DNA of 64,000 nucleotides from a virus: IMG/VR virus record IMGVR_UViG_3300047323_000673, positions 64,001 to 128,000 of that record; one strand, 5' to 3'. Shown piece by piece: positions 39,713 to 48,684 of this stretch (position 1 is its first letter; each line of letters starts with the position of its first letter). The notes under the pieces were generated by a model. It saw only the letters and a program-made list of their open reading frames with translations, ran no database searches and was not told where the DNA came from. The position numbers and the translations under genes were made by a program.

Positions 39713-40324
39713 ATGGGTGCCTGTTATGTTGATCAAACCTTTGAAGCTAGTGATGTAGCAACTCTTAAAAATAATTTTTCAACTTATGCAGAACAAGAAA
39801 GCTTTGAACATGGTCATGGTGGTTATTCGGGAACTCTAAGCCACGGAATTCGTGTTATTGAAAAAACATTTAAAGATATTAGTGAAGCTAATGATTGGGT
39901 CGAGCAAAATTGCCGTAAATGGGAACCAGCATTAGCTGTTAAAGTTGGTGATTTTAATAAATCATTTCACAGCACTGCTAAAGGAAGCAAAGCAATTGCA
40001 CAAGTTAATGAACTTTATAAAAAATTAGAAAATTTTGATAAAGATTTACTCAACAAAATTGCTACTCAAAAATCACTATTTAAAACCTGTAATAATTGTA
40101 GTAGTAAAATCAGTGTAAAGCATTTTGTAAAAGGAAATAGTACTGCTTGTCCAGTATGTCAAAAAGAATTTGTTAAATCTGCTAAAGATGTTGAAAAGAA
40201 AAGCTCTCTATTTGCTACTTGGTCTACTAAACAAAAAGAACTTGAAGTAATGAAACAAGAATATAATAAAAAGCTAGGTGATAAAAAGCCTTGTTGGTAT
40301 GTCGGTGGTTTGGCTTCAACTTAA
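39713..40324 (+). CDS. phage-type hypothetical protein with CxxC...CxxC motif, untagged
   Basis: GAGGAG SD; HGHGGYSGT, CRKWEPALAV, CNNC...CPVC, WYVGG. Confidence 0.75.
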   Translation: MGACYVDQTFEASDVATLKNNFSTYAEQESFEHGHGGYSGTLSHGIRVIEKTFKDISEANDWVEQNCRKWEPALAVKVGDFNKSFHSTAKGSKAIAQVNELYKKLENFDKDLLNKIATQKSLFKTCNNCSSKISVKHFVKGNSTACPVCQKEFVKSAKDVEKKSSLFATWSTKQKELEVMKQEYNKKLGDKKPCWYVGGLAST

Positions 40325-40346
40325 GTAATCAAGAAATAATATAAAG

Positions 40347-40373
40347 AAAAGGATGGTTTGACCATCCTTTTTT
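40347..40373. terminator. bidirectional intrinsic terminator
   Basis: AAAAGGATGGT-TTG-ACCATCCTTTTTT. Confidence 0.85.
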
Positions 40374-40375
40374 AT

Positions 40376-41452
40376 TTAAAGTTTAATTTTCTTTTTAGGA
40401 ACAGCATTTGTAGATAAAGTATTTTGCAACATATGATGATTAACTCTAATTTGTAAGCTGTCTTCTTGAATATGAGTTAAAAGTTGTTCTTTTTTAATAA
40501 CATCTGTAATAAGAAAATATGATAATAATTGAGGTTCAAATTTTAACCCTAAGGCTAATGTTTTCCCACAATCAATAAAATTAATGTTATAATCAATAAG
40601 TTTCATTAATTTATTTCTATCAAGTGTAACTTTAGTAAATGGAATTTTATTGAAAGTAATATATTCTTCTTGTAGTTTGAAATATTCTGAAATGATTTCT
40701 GAAGTTTTATTAATTCCCCAATTATCTATTAAAATATTTAAATCATCTTCTTTGGGTAAATGTAATTTTAATTCAATTATTATACTTTCTGGACTACCAC
40801 CAAAATCATAAACTTGTTTATTATGCTTATATAATAAATTACTAAACAATAAGCCTTTAGAGGATTTTTTTGTCTCTTCAGATTTTGCTGAATCAATAAT
40901 AAAATTTTTAAAATTTTCTTTATCTTTTTCTAAAAAAACTAAAGTATGCAATATATTACAATTATGTTCATAAAAGTGCTTTAAATTATCAATATTAATT
41001 TTATGATCTAATTTATTAGAAAAATAATATTTAGAAGAGTAATCACGACTATATAAGCTAATATTGTTTTTATTAAGATCAAAGATTGATTCAAAATAAT
41101 CAGTTCCATAAAAATCAAGTAAAATATCATGACATTTATTTTTATTTTGTAATGAAATAAAATCCCATTTTTTGGGTGGAATAGTTTTAAATTGTTCTTC
41201 GTATCTAGTAAGAACTTCTTTAAATAAATTATCAGCATCTTTCTCCAAAGTTAATAGGTCTACAATGGAATGACCTTTAGAATCTTTATGAAATCCATTA
41301 TTAGCAAATAACAAGTATTCAAAACTCATGCTTTCATAAATTCTATCTTCCTTAAAATGCTCAATAAGCTTATCAAGCGTCATTGCATTAGCATGAAAGA
41401 AAGAAAATGTGGTAATTAATCCATGAAAATTTAAATCTGGTTGTACATTCAT
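40376..41452 (-). CDS. unrecognised 350-370 aa family member, tagged
   Basis: shared blocks KWxF, CHxxxxxxYGxxYF, LPxxxxxxILxxxWGxxKTSxxIxxY, LxFGLK; ends KKKIKL. Confidence 0.8.
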   Translation of the reverse strand: MNVQPDLNFHGLITTFSFFHANAMTLDKLIEHFKEDRIYESMSFEYLLFANNGFHKDSKGHSIVDLLTLEKDADNLFKEVLTRYEEQFKTIPPKKWDFISLQNKNKCHDILLDFYGTDYFESIFDLNKNNISLYSRDYSSKYYFSNKLDHKINIDNLKHFYEHNCNILHTLVFLEKDKENFKNFIIDSAKSEETKKSSKGLLFSNLLYKHNKQVYDFGGSPESIIIELKLHLPKEDDLNILIDNWGINKTSEIISEYFKLQEEYITFNKIPFTKVTLDRNKLMKLIDYNINFIDCGKTLALGLKFEPQLLSYFLITDVIKKEQLLTHIQEDSLQIRVNHHMLQNTLSTNAVPKKKIKL

Positions 41453-41455
41453 TTT

Positions 41456-42568
41456 TTATAGTTTCACTTTTTTCTTAGGTAAATCAATTTTTTTATCTAG
41501 ACTCAGATCTAACATATAATGTTCGGCCTTAATTTTTAATTCACTATCATTAATATTTATTAAAAGATCGTCTTTTTTAATAATATCATTAATAATAAGA
41601 TAAGACATAATCTCTGACTCATCTCTTAATCCAAAGGCAAGTGATTTTCCACAATTATTAAAATTAATCCCAGCATTAATAAGAGATTTCATTATTTCTC
41701 TTTCAAACTTAAATGGGTAATCATTATTATCATTAAAAGACAATATATATTCATTTTGAAAATTAATAAAGTCTGAAATTACTTTTGAAGCTTTTTCATT
41801 GCCCCATTTTGCAACTAATATATTAAATTCTTTTTCATTTGGTAAAAAAATGCTCACATAATGATTTATGGAACGAACACTATAATGTTTTAGCATTAAG
41901 TTTTCAAAATTAAAATCATTAGAAGTAATTAATGCTAAATCTCCTAAATTATCGGATGATTTATTATCAAACATAAATTTTTTAAAACCTTCAGTATCAG
42001 CTTCAAAGAAATTTAATAGATGAAGCATAGGTTTAGTAAGCATCTTATTAAAAAGCTTCATATTATCTATTTTATAAAAATAATCTAACTTATCTTGTAA
42101 ATAATATTTAGTAAAATGCTCTACAGAATAATAAAGAACATTTTTTTTCATATCTACAATTTTATCCATAACATTCTTACCATAAAATTTTGTCAAAGAA
42201 TTATGGCATTCATTTGGATTAACCCATATCATGAATCCCCATTCATTTGGTAAAAAATTTTTAAGTTGATCTTGATATTTTTCTAATATACTAGAAAACA
42301 ATGGATGGTTACTCTCATCATTAACCATGTAAAGTAATAAATTAAAACCTCTTTCATCTGGTTTGAATAAAACATCAATTAAATCAATATTAGATTCAGC
42401 ATTACATCTTTTAAGCATTGTATGAATTTTTGATTCAAACTCATTTAATGACAATTTAAATAAATCTTGATTAGAAGCATAAGTAGTTAATGTCTCTATG
42501 GTTTTTGTGTCAATTGATAAATTACTATATGTTGGTAGCAATGAGATTGCTTTATTATTTAAATCCAT
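41456..42568 (-). CDS. unrecognised 350-370 aa family member, tagged
   Basis: same blocks; ends KKKVKL. Confidence 0.8.
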   Translation of the reverse strand: MDLNNKAISLLPTYSNLSIDTKTIETLTTYASNQDLFKLSLNEFESKIHTMLKRCNAESNIDLIDVLFKPDERGFNLLLYMVNDESNHPLFSSILEKYQDQLKNFLPNEWGFMIWVNPNECHNSLTKFYGKNVMDKIVDMKKNVLYYSVEHFTKYYLQDKLDYFYKIDNMKLFNKMLTKPMLHLLNFFEADTEGFKKFMFDNKSSDNLGDLALITSNDFNFENLMLKHYSVRSINHYVSIFLPNEKEFNILVAKWGNEKASKVISDFINFQNEYILSFNDNNDYPFKFEREIMKSLINAGINFNNCGKSLAFGLRDESEIMSYLIINDIIKKDDLLININDSELKIKAEHYMLDLSLDKKIDLPKKKVKL

Positions 42569-42580
42569 TTTTAAATCCTA

Positions 42581-43651
42581 TTAAATTTTTATTTTTTTTA
42601 CAGAAGGTTCATGATTAATATCAAGAGATGCATCTAATATATTATAGCTAGCTTCTTTTTTAAGTTCTTTATCAGTGATATGTATCAACAAATCCTCTTT
42701 AGAGATAATTCCATTAATAATGAAGTATGAAAGATGAGCCGTATTGCTCTTAAGTCCAAAAGATAAAACATCACCACCACCACTAAAATCAATTTTACTT
42801 TTAATTAAAGCATTTAATGCAGATCCATCAAAGCCAACTTTTAAAAGATTGTTTTTATTAGTGCTAATAGTGTACTCTTTCTGAAATTTCAAATAATCAA
42901 CTAAAACTTTTGAAGTTTTTTTAATTCCCCATCTTTCAACTAACACATCAATATCTTCTTGTGAAGGAAGAGTAAGAGTTACTCCTTTAATATTAATACA
43001 AGTTCCATCTTTGAGTTTTTTAATAGAATCTTCTTGAACCTTATATATTAAATTTTCGTACTTATAGCTATTAAGTGAAAATTTAGTTTCTTTATTCTGA
43101 GTCTTTTCAAGCATAAAATTTTTAAATTCTTCTTTATTTGCAGCAAAAAAATTAAGAGCATGGACCATTTCATAGTTTGGATTTTCATCAAATTTGTTTA
43201 TATTTTCTATCTTATAGAAATGATCTAAATTACCTGCTAAATAGTATTTTTTGAAGCTAGGTTCACTATAACCAGTTACTAAAGATATTTCAGATTGTGC
43301 AATTTTATTAAAATATTCTTTACCATAAAAGTTAGTAAAAGCTTCATGACATTGATTATCACCTTCCATTAACATAAATTCCCATTTAATAGGTGAAATC
43401 ATTTTAAATTGTTGTTGATATTCTTTTAATAGTGCCGTAAATAACTCGTATTTATTCTCTATTACCAAATAATGTAAAACTGAACAATCATTTTTCCCTG
43501 GCACAAATAATATATCAAATATCTCGGATTTAATATTAAAATCATTTAAAGTTGTTGTAACAAAAGATTTAAAATTATTTATATTATTCAATTTATAATC
43601 ATAATAATCGGTAGTAATGATATCAATGGCTTTTATAATTGGATTATTCAT
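42581..43651 (-). CDS. unrecognised 350-370 aa family member, tagged
   Basis: same blocks; AAGGA SD; ends VKKIKI. Confidence 0.8.
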   Translation of the reverse strand: MNNPIIKAIDIITTDYYDYKLNNINNFKSFVTTTLNDFNIKSEIFDILFVPGKNDCSVLHYLVIENKYELFTALLKEYQQQFKMISPIKWEFMLMEGDNQCHEAFTNFYGKEYFNKIAQSEISLVTGYSEPSFKKYYLAGNLDHFYKIENINKFDENPNYEMVHALNFFAANKEEFKNFMLEKTQNKETKFSLNSYKYENLIYKVQEDSIKKLKDGTCINIKGVTLTLPSQEDIDVLVERWGIKKTSKVLVDYLKFQKEYTISTNKNNLLKVGFDGSALNALIKSKIDFSGGGDVLSFGLKSNTAHLSYFIINGIISKEDLLIHITDKELKKEASYNILDASLDINHEPSVKKIKI

Positions 43652-43675
43652 TTATTTATTCCTTAAATAAGCTAT

Positions 43676-44740
43676 TTAAAGCTTCAATTTTCTTTTTATG
43701 GAATCATCATCTTGTTTATCTAGAGAAGAATCTAGAATTACACAATGTGCTTCGGTATATAGCTGTTTATTATTAATATTGGTCAACAAATCTTCTTGTT
43801 TAATTGAGCCATTAATGATCAAGTAAGAAAGTAGCTCTAAATTAGTTTTTAATCCAAAGGAAAGTGCTTTACTACAATTAATAAACTTAATCTTTTTAGT
43901 AATAAGATTAACTAATCTTTCTTCATCAAATTTAATTTTATATTTATTTTTAATACTAGGTTGAGTTAAGTATTCTTTTTGATAATTCATATAATCAGAA
44001 ATGACTTGAGATGTTTTATCTATTCCCCATTTCTCAATTAAAATTTCTAATTCTTCATTTGATGGAAGTTTTAAAATAAAAGTTTTTTCTAGCCCTTTAA
44101 TATTTACATTTAAACGACAAATTAATCTATTATATTGAAGCCAATTAGATGAACAGTTAGATAAATCAGCAGATAATTCACTAGTAAACTGTTCTTGCAT
44201 GAATTGTTTAAATTTTTCTTTATTTGAATCATAAAATGATAATGCATGAATTGTTGAACATGAAGGACTATCATACATGGATTTCATATTTTCTACTTTA
44301 AAATAATCATCTAATTTTCCATTTATATATAATTTTTTAAAGTGTTCTATATGGTACCGAGTAAAATTTGTACCACTAGCTACATTTTCAAAGTAATCAT
44401 TTCCAAAAATATTAATAAAATGTTCGTGACAATCATGACTTGGGTAAAATAATAAAAATTCCCATTTTTCAGGTTTTATTAATAAAAATTTATCTTCATA
44501 TTTATCTAATAAGTCAATAAATAAATTAATTGCGTTTTCAGAAACAATATGTTCAAGAGGAGAACAATTACTATCATCTAATTGGAACAAAAGCTCAAAA
44601 AAATCCAAAGCGCATCCATGATGTTTAGCTATAGTGGAAAATGTTTTTTCAATTTCTGTTAAAGAACAATCATCTAAATTTTTTTCAAATAAAGCTTCAG
44701 AAATCCGTTCCATTAATTTTGCGCTTGCAACATTATTCAT
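43676..44740 (-). CDS. unrecognised 350-370 aa family member, tagged
   Basis: same blocks; ends KRKLKL. Confidence 0.8.
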   Translation of the reverse strand: MNNVASAKLMERISEALFEKNLDDCSLTEIEKTFSTIAKHHGCALDFFELLFQLDDSNCSPLEHIVSENAINLFIDLLDKYEDKFLLIKPEKWEFLLFYPSHDCHEHFINIFGNDYFENVASGTNFTRYHIEHFKKLYINGKLDDYFKVENMKSMYDSPSCSTIHALSFYDSNKEKFKQFMQEQFTSELSADLSNCSSNWLQYNRLICRLNVNIKGLEKTFILKLPSNEELEILIEKWGIDKTSQVISDYMNYQKEYLTQPSIKNKYKIKFDEERLVNLITKKIKFINCSKALSFGLKTNLELLSYLIINGSIKQEDLLTNINNKQLYTEAHCVILDSSLDKQDDDSIKRKLKL

Positions 44741-44764
44741 AATATTTTTAACTGTTATAGATTA

Positions 44765-44792
44765 ATTATAGTTTTTTTGAAATTATTATCAA
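44765..44792 (-). promoter_or_regulatory. sigma70-like promoter
   Basis: TTGATA-16 nt-TATAAT upstream of ATG 44740. Confidence 0.6.
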
Positions 44793-44804
44793 CTAAACGA
44801 AAAT

Positions 44805-44832
44805 AAAAAAGCCCCATGAGGGGGCTTTTTTT
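44805..44832 (-). terminator. intrinsic terminator
   Basis: AAAAAAGCCCC-ATGAG-GGGGCTTTTTTT after the 46355-44854 unit. Confidence 0.85.
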
Positions 44833-44853
44833 ATATTAATTCTTTATCTAGAT

Positions 44854-45198
44854 TTAACATTTAATTAATTCTGATACATCAGAAGAATGTAATTGCATGC
44901 CAGATTTATGGTAAGTAACAATATTTTCTTCTTTCTTTAAAAGAACATGCTCAAATAGATCATTTAATGCTTCTTTAACTCTTGTTGTGACAGACATATT
45001 CATAGTCAACATATTTGAGAATTTAATATAGCCGGAAAGATTTTTACAGAAATCCAAATATTTAGAATCTTCTTTTTCATGAACAAAAACCATTTGCAAA
45101 TGCTTATTAATAACATTAACTTGATTTTCGTTTAGTTCATATACAGTATTAATTTCAAACAGTCCTTGCAACCAATAACAAAATTCAATAGCTTTCAT
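44854..45198 (-). CDS. FCYWLQG-family phage-type hypothetical protein, untagged
   Basis: AAAGGA SD; EFCYWLQGLFE...FCKNLSGY; ends LIKC. Confidence 0.75.
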   Translation of the reverse strand: MKAIEFCYWLQGLFEINTVYELNENQVNVINKHLQMVFVHEKEDSKYLDFCKNLSGYIKFSNMLTMNMSVTTRVKEALNDLFEHVLLKKEENIVTYHKSGMQLHSSDVSELIKC

Positions 45199-45231
45199 AT
45201 TTGTTCCTTTATAAATTATTTAAAATATATT

Positions 45232-45654
45232 TTATTCATTTATTTGATGTCTAATCAGAACTAAATCATTCCCAATTAAAGACAGTTTAGTAAAATCTGT
45301 GTCTAAAGCTCCAGTTAAAGCACATGGAACAATTTCATTATAAAGATATTTTGAAAACTGTTCTTTATATTTTTTTTCAACGGGAATTCTAAAAACAATA
45401 GCATCAATGACAGTTCCAATAAATTCACCATTACTTGTTAATTGAAAACTATCTTTATTCTCATTTGAAAGTTCTTTACCAATATTTGCAAATAAACTAG
45501 TAAGAGAACCAGGAATAGTTTTCTTGATGGAATTATTCAAAACATCATCACTAACATTCATTTCATGAAACGGGATTTTTACACTTTCAAATACTAAGTT
45601 TACGATTTCATCAGAAGGATTATACTTGTGATTAAGAGAAGACTTAATATTCAT
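45232..45654 (-). CDS. hypothetical protein, untagged
   Basis: 140 aa; GGGAG SD. Confidence 0.65.
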   Translation of the reverse strand: MNIKSSLNHKYNPSDEIVNLVFESVKIPFHEMNVSDDVLNNSIKKTIPGSLTSLFANIGKELSNENKDSFQLTSNGEFIGTVIDAIVFRIPVEKKYKEQFSKYLYNEIVPCALTGALDTDFTKLSLIGNDLVLIRHQINE

Positions 45655-45670
45655 GTTAGCTCCCGTTTAA

Positions 45671-45997
45671 TTAGCACATTGCACGATTTTCACGACTATT
45701 AGAATTACCATTATCTCGCTTAGTTGTTTTTACTTGACTAGAGATTGGAATCTGTTCTTTACAAATATTATCTAAGCGTTCTTTGATAATATTAACAACT
45801 TCTTCATTTAGAATTTCAGGCTTGCTTAATGAAAAATAACCATTTAGGAAATCACAAAAAGGATGAGGTTCATTTTCAACTTCTAGAACATTTTCTAGCT
45901 TATCTTTAATTGTTTGTGTTGCATTAATTCCAAAATAATTAGATTGATTAACCTCAATAGCACCTTTTAGAAAATAACAAAATTCAATAGATTTCAT
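45671..45997 (-). CDS. FCYWLQG-family hypothetical protein, untagged
   Basis: AAGGAG SD; EFCYFLKGAIE...FCDFLNGYF; ends RAMC. Confidence 0.75.
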   Translation of the reverse strand: MKSIEFCYFLKGAIEVNQSNYFGINATQTIKDKLENVLEVENEPHPFCDFLNGYFSLSKPEILNEEVVNIIKERLDNICKEQIPISSQVKTTKRDNGNSNSRENRAMC

Positions 45998-46007
45998 ATA
46001 TTACTCC

Positions 46008-46355
46008 TTAACACATAGCTTCAAATCGTGAATTTTGAGGACCATTATGAATATCATTAAGTTGCTTTTGTTCATTTGCAGGGTATGATGGATCAATTTC
46101 GAATTTAAAAGTATTCCTTAGCTTTTCTTTAATGATAGAAGTAGTTTCTGCATTAATAGATTCTGGTTTACCCAAAGTAAAATAACCATTTAGGAAACAG
46201 CAAAAACCATTTGGTTTAGAATCATATTGAAAAACTAAAGCTAGATGATCTTTAAGAATTTGAGTAGCTCCTTCATCAAATTCTGTATTTCCGTTAAGCT
46301 CAAAAGAGCCTTGAAGCCAATAACAAAATTGTCGTGATTGCATTAGTTTCTCCAA
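46008..46355 (-). CDS. FCYWLQG-family hypothetical protein, untagged
   Basis: QFCYWLQGSFEL...FCCFLNGYF; ends EAMC; true start may be the ATG 4 codons in, behind GGAG. Confidence 0.75.
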   Translation of the reverse strand: MEKLMQSRQFCYWLQGSFELNGNTEFDEGATQILKDHLALVFQYDSKPNGFCCFLNGYFTLGKPESINAETTSIIKEKLRNTFKFEIDPSYPANEQKQLNDIHNGPQNSRFEAMC

Positions 46356-46420
46356 TTAAGATTTTTAAAACATGGGTTTATTTTAACATACAAAACGATT
46401 AAATAAAGTTTTTATTTCTA

Positions 46421-46732
46421 TTATTTCTCAATTATTTTAGTATCAATTGAGTCAGGGAGAAGAATTCGGCCGGCACATAAAGCACCTTCAACTTTTTGAC
46501 CTTTAGGATTTATAGCTACAAAATTCCTTCTTTGAGGAGTGCCTTCATCACAAAAGAAATTATATCCACCCATTTCAATAGATGTATAACCTTGTTTCTT
46601 CAATAATTCAATATTGTTTGCATCAGAATTAGCCATTAGTTGACTAGCAAGACCAATAATAGCTATAACTGAAAAAACTAAAATCATAGAAATAGTTTTG
46701 AATTTTTCAGCAAAAGACGGTGATATTTTCAT
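46421..46732 (-). CDS. small membrane-anchored protein, untagged; paralogue of 48158..48457
   Basis: N-terminal TM; LLKxxGYxSIxxGxxNxxCxxGTPxRRxFxAINxKGQxVxGxxCAG. Confidence 0.75.
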   Translation of the reverse strand: MKISPSFAEKFKTISMILVFSVIAIIGLASQLMANSDANNIELLKKQGYTSIEMGGYNFFCDEGTPQRRNFVAINPKGQKVEGALCAGRILLPDSIDTKIIEK

Positions 46733-46805
46733 AATTATCAGATTTTATTTTAATAATTAATTTTAACATAGAATAGAAAGAAAATATTCAATTTAATAGA
46801 AAATA

Positions 46806-47423
46806 TTATAATTTATTTTTTTTAATAATATCTTTATTTGTTGGCAGTTCAGAACTTAATTCCTGTTGCATTTGAAATGAAGCAATTTGATGAGGAGTAA
46901 GAATAAGTACATAATTATCTGCATCATAACTTTTAATAAGAGAATACATTTCTTTAAATCCAAGAATTGCATTAGTTAAAGAATCAATATCATGTTCAAA
47001 ATCATCATGTAATTGAGTTATAAATTTATTTAAACTTTCTATAGGATTACCATAACATTTAAATTTTCCATGAACTATCTCTGGCCCATCTTGTAAACTT
47101 TTAATAAAATTATGACTACAGAAAAAAACACCACCTATTTCTCTTGGACAATATTTTAAGGATTGAATATTATTGTAGGAACAGTCGAAATATCCATTAA
47201 CTTTATAAGGTGAACCTTTTAAAGATGTTAAACTATGTCCAGATATAGAAAAATTACCATTAATAATACCAAATTGAATAGGAATATTCTCTAGTTCATT
47301 ATTCAAGAAATTCACATTATCATCAACATCAACAGTGAGATCTTCATTAATAGTATAATTTTCAATTCCAACATCATATAACCATTGCATTATTTCAGGT
47401 TTAGTTTTAAGGAATTGACTCAT
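46806..47423 (-). CDS. LRR-like repeat protein, tagged
   Basis: paralogue of 18246..18854; ends IKKNKL. Confidence 0.75.
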   Translation of the reverse strand: MSQFLKTKPEIMQWLYDVGIENYTINEDLTVDVDDNVNFLNNELENIPIQFGIINGNFSISGHSLTSLKGSPYKVNGYFDCSYNNIQSLKYCPREIGGVFFCSHNFIKSLQDGPEIVHGKFKCYGNPIESLNKFITQLHDDFEHDIDSLTNAILGFKEMYSLIKSYDADNYVLILTPHQIASFQMQQELSSELPTNKDIIKKNKL

Positions 47424-48034
47424 AATTTTATTTTTTTTGTTGTTGAATAATTCTGAATTAACTCACTATTTAACTCTTTATTTGCTTTCATTTTACTAAT
47501 AGTATTATTATCTAAATGTAAACTCCAACCTTCAATTTCACCTTGAATATTTATAGCTATTTCATAAAATTGTTCGTAATCTTTAATAATTTTTTCTTCT
47601 GTAGAAGCCCAATGTGAAAATTCATTAATGTTTGCATTAAAAATTCCACTAAAATTAACAATAGGATTGATTCCACAAGCCAAAACTCCATCTACAACAT
47701 CTGGAAGATAATCTAATAAAGAAACTTTATTTCCGTGAAAATAAAAATCACCATGTACTAATTTAGGACAATGCTTTAAAGTTACTAATTGGTTATGAGA
47801 ACAATCAAATTCACCATGCACAGTGTGAGGACAACCTTTTAATGATGTAATCTTGTTTCTACTAAAATTAAAATTACCTTTTACTATTCCAAATTGAATA
47901 GGGAATTCAGTAATAGATTTATTAAAAAGACGAACTGAATCATCAACATCAACAGTTAAGTTATTATTAATGGTATAATTCATAATACCATAATTATCTA
48001 ACCAATTTTTTATTTCTTCTTTAGTTTGAAACAT
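47420..48034 (-). CDS. LRR-like repeat protein, tagged
   Basis: paralogue of 18246..18854; ATGA overlap; ends TKKIKL. Confidence 0.75.
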   Translation of the reverse strand: MFQTKEEIKNWLDNYGIMNYTINNNLTVDVDDSVRLFNKSITEFPIQFGIVKGNFNFSRNKITSLKGCPHTVHGEFDCSHNQLVTLKHCPKLVHGDFYFHGNKVSLLDYLPDVVDGVLACGINPIVNFSGIFNANINEFSHWASTEEKIIKDYEQFYEIAINIQGEIEGWSLHLDNNTISKMKANKELNSELIQNYSTTKKIKL

Positions 48035-48157
48035 TATATTTTTGGCTTGTTAGAATTTGAAATTACTTTAATTTAATCAATCTCTTAAAGTTATAATTTA
48101 TTTTAACAATTGCAAAAGAAAAATCAAAATTATAATAAATCCTATGTATTCAAAAAA

Positions 48158-48457
48158 TTATTTTTTAATAATAATTTCAATATTAATTTCATCAGAATGT
48201 ATTAGATTTCCAGCACAAATTGAACCATTAACTTCTTGGCCTTTATTATTAATAGCTTTAAAGTATCTTCTCATTGGAGTTCCTCTTTCACATAAGTAAT
48301 TAAAATCACCAATATGAATGGAGCTATATCCCCTAGACTTTAATAGTTCTTCATTCCTTTGTGGTGAATTAAACTCTGTATGAAGGTATATTACTAAATA
48401 AATAAATATAAAAATTCCGAATATAGCCCCAAAATTTAAAAACTTGGATGATTTCAT
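48158..48457 (-). CDS. small membrane-anchored protein, untagged
   Basis: AGGA SD; paralogue of 46421..46732. Confidence 0.75.
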   Translation of the reverse strand: MKSSKFLNFGAIFGIFIFIYLVIYLHTEFNSPQRNEELLKSRGYSSIHIGDFNYLCERGTPMRRYFKAINNKGQEVNGSICAGNLIHSDEINIEIIIKK

Positions 48458-48610
48458 TATACTTCCTAATCAAATGTAAAATTATTATAACCTATTTTTA
48501 CATTATTTTGTTAAATTTAAACTATAATAAATTACACAATTATTGTTAAACTGTTAATTTCAAATATTAAAATTAACCAATAAATATGCATATTTTAGAC
48601 ATTTTTATTA

Positions 48611-48639
48611 TTGACAAAATCAGCTTTATTTTTTACTTT
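48611..48639 (+). promoter_or_regulatory. sigma70-like promoter
   Basis: TTGACA-17 nt-TACTTT; AAGGA SD before ATG 48685. Confidence 0.55.
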
Positions 48640-48684
48640 GGATTTCATTTTGTGATTTCACGAATTAAAAGGTAAGGACTGAAC

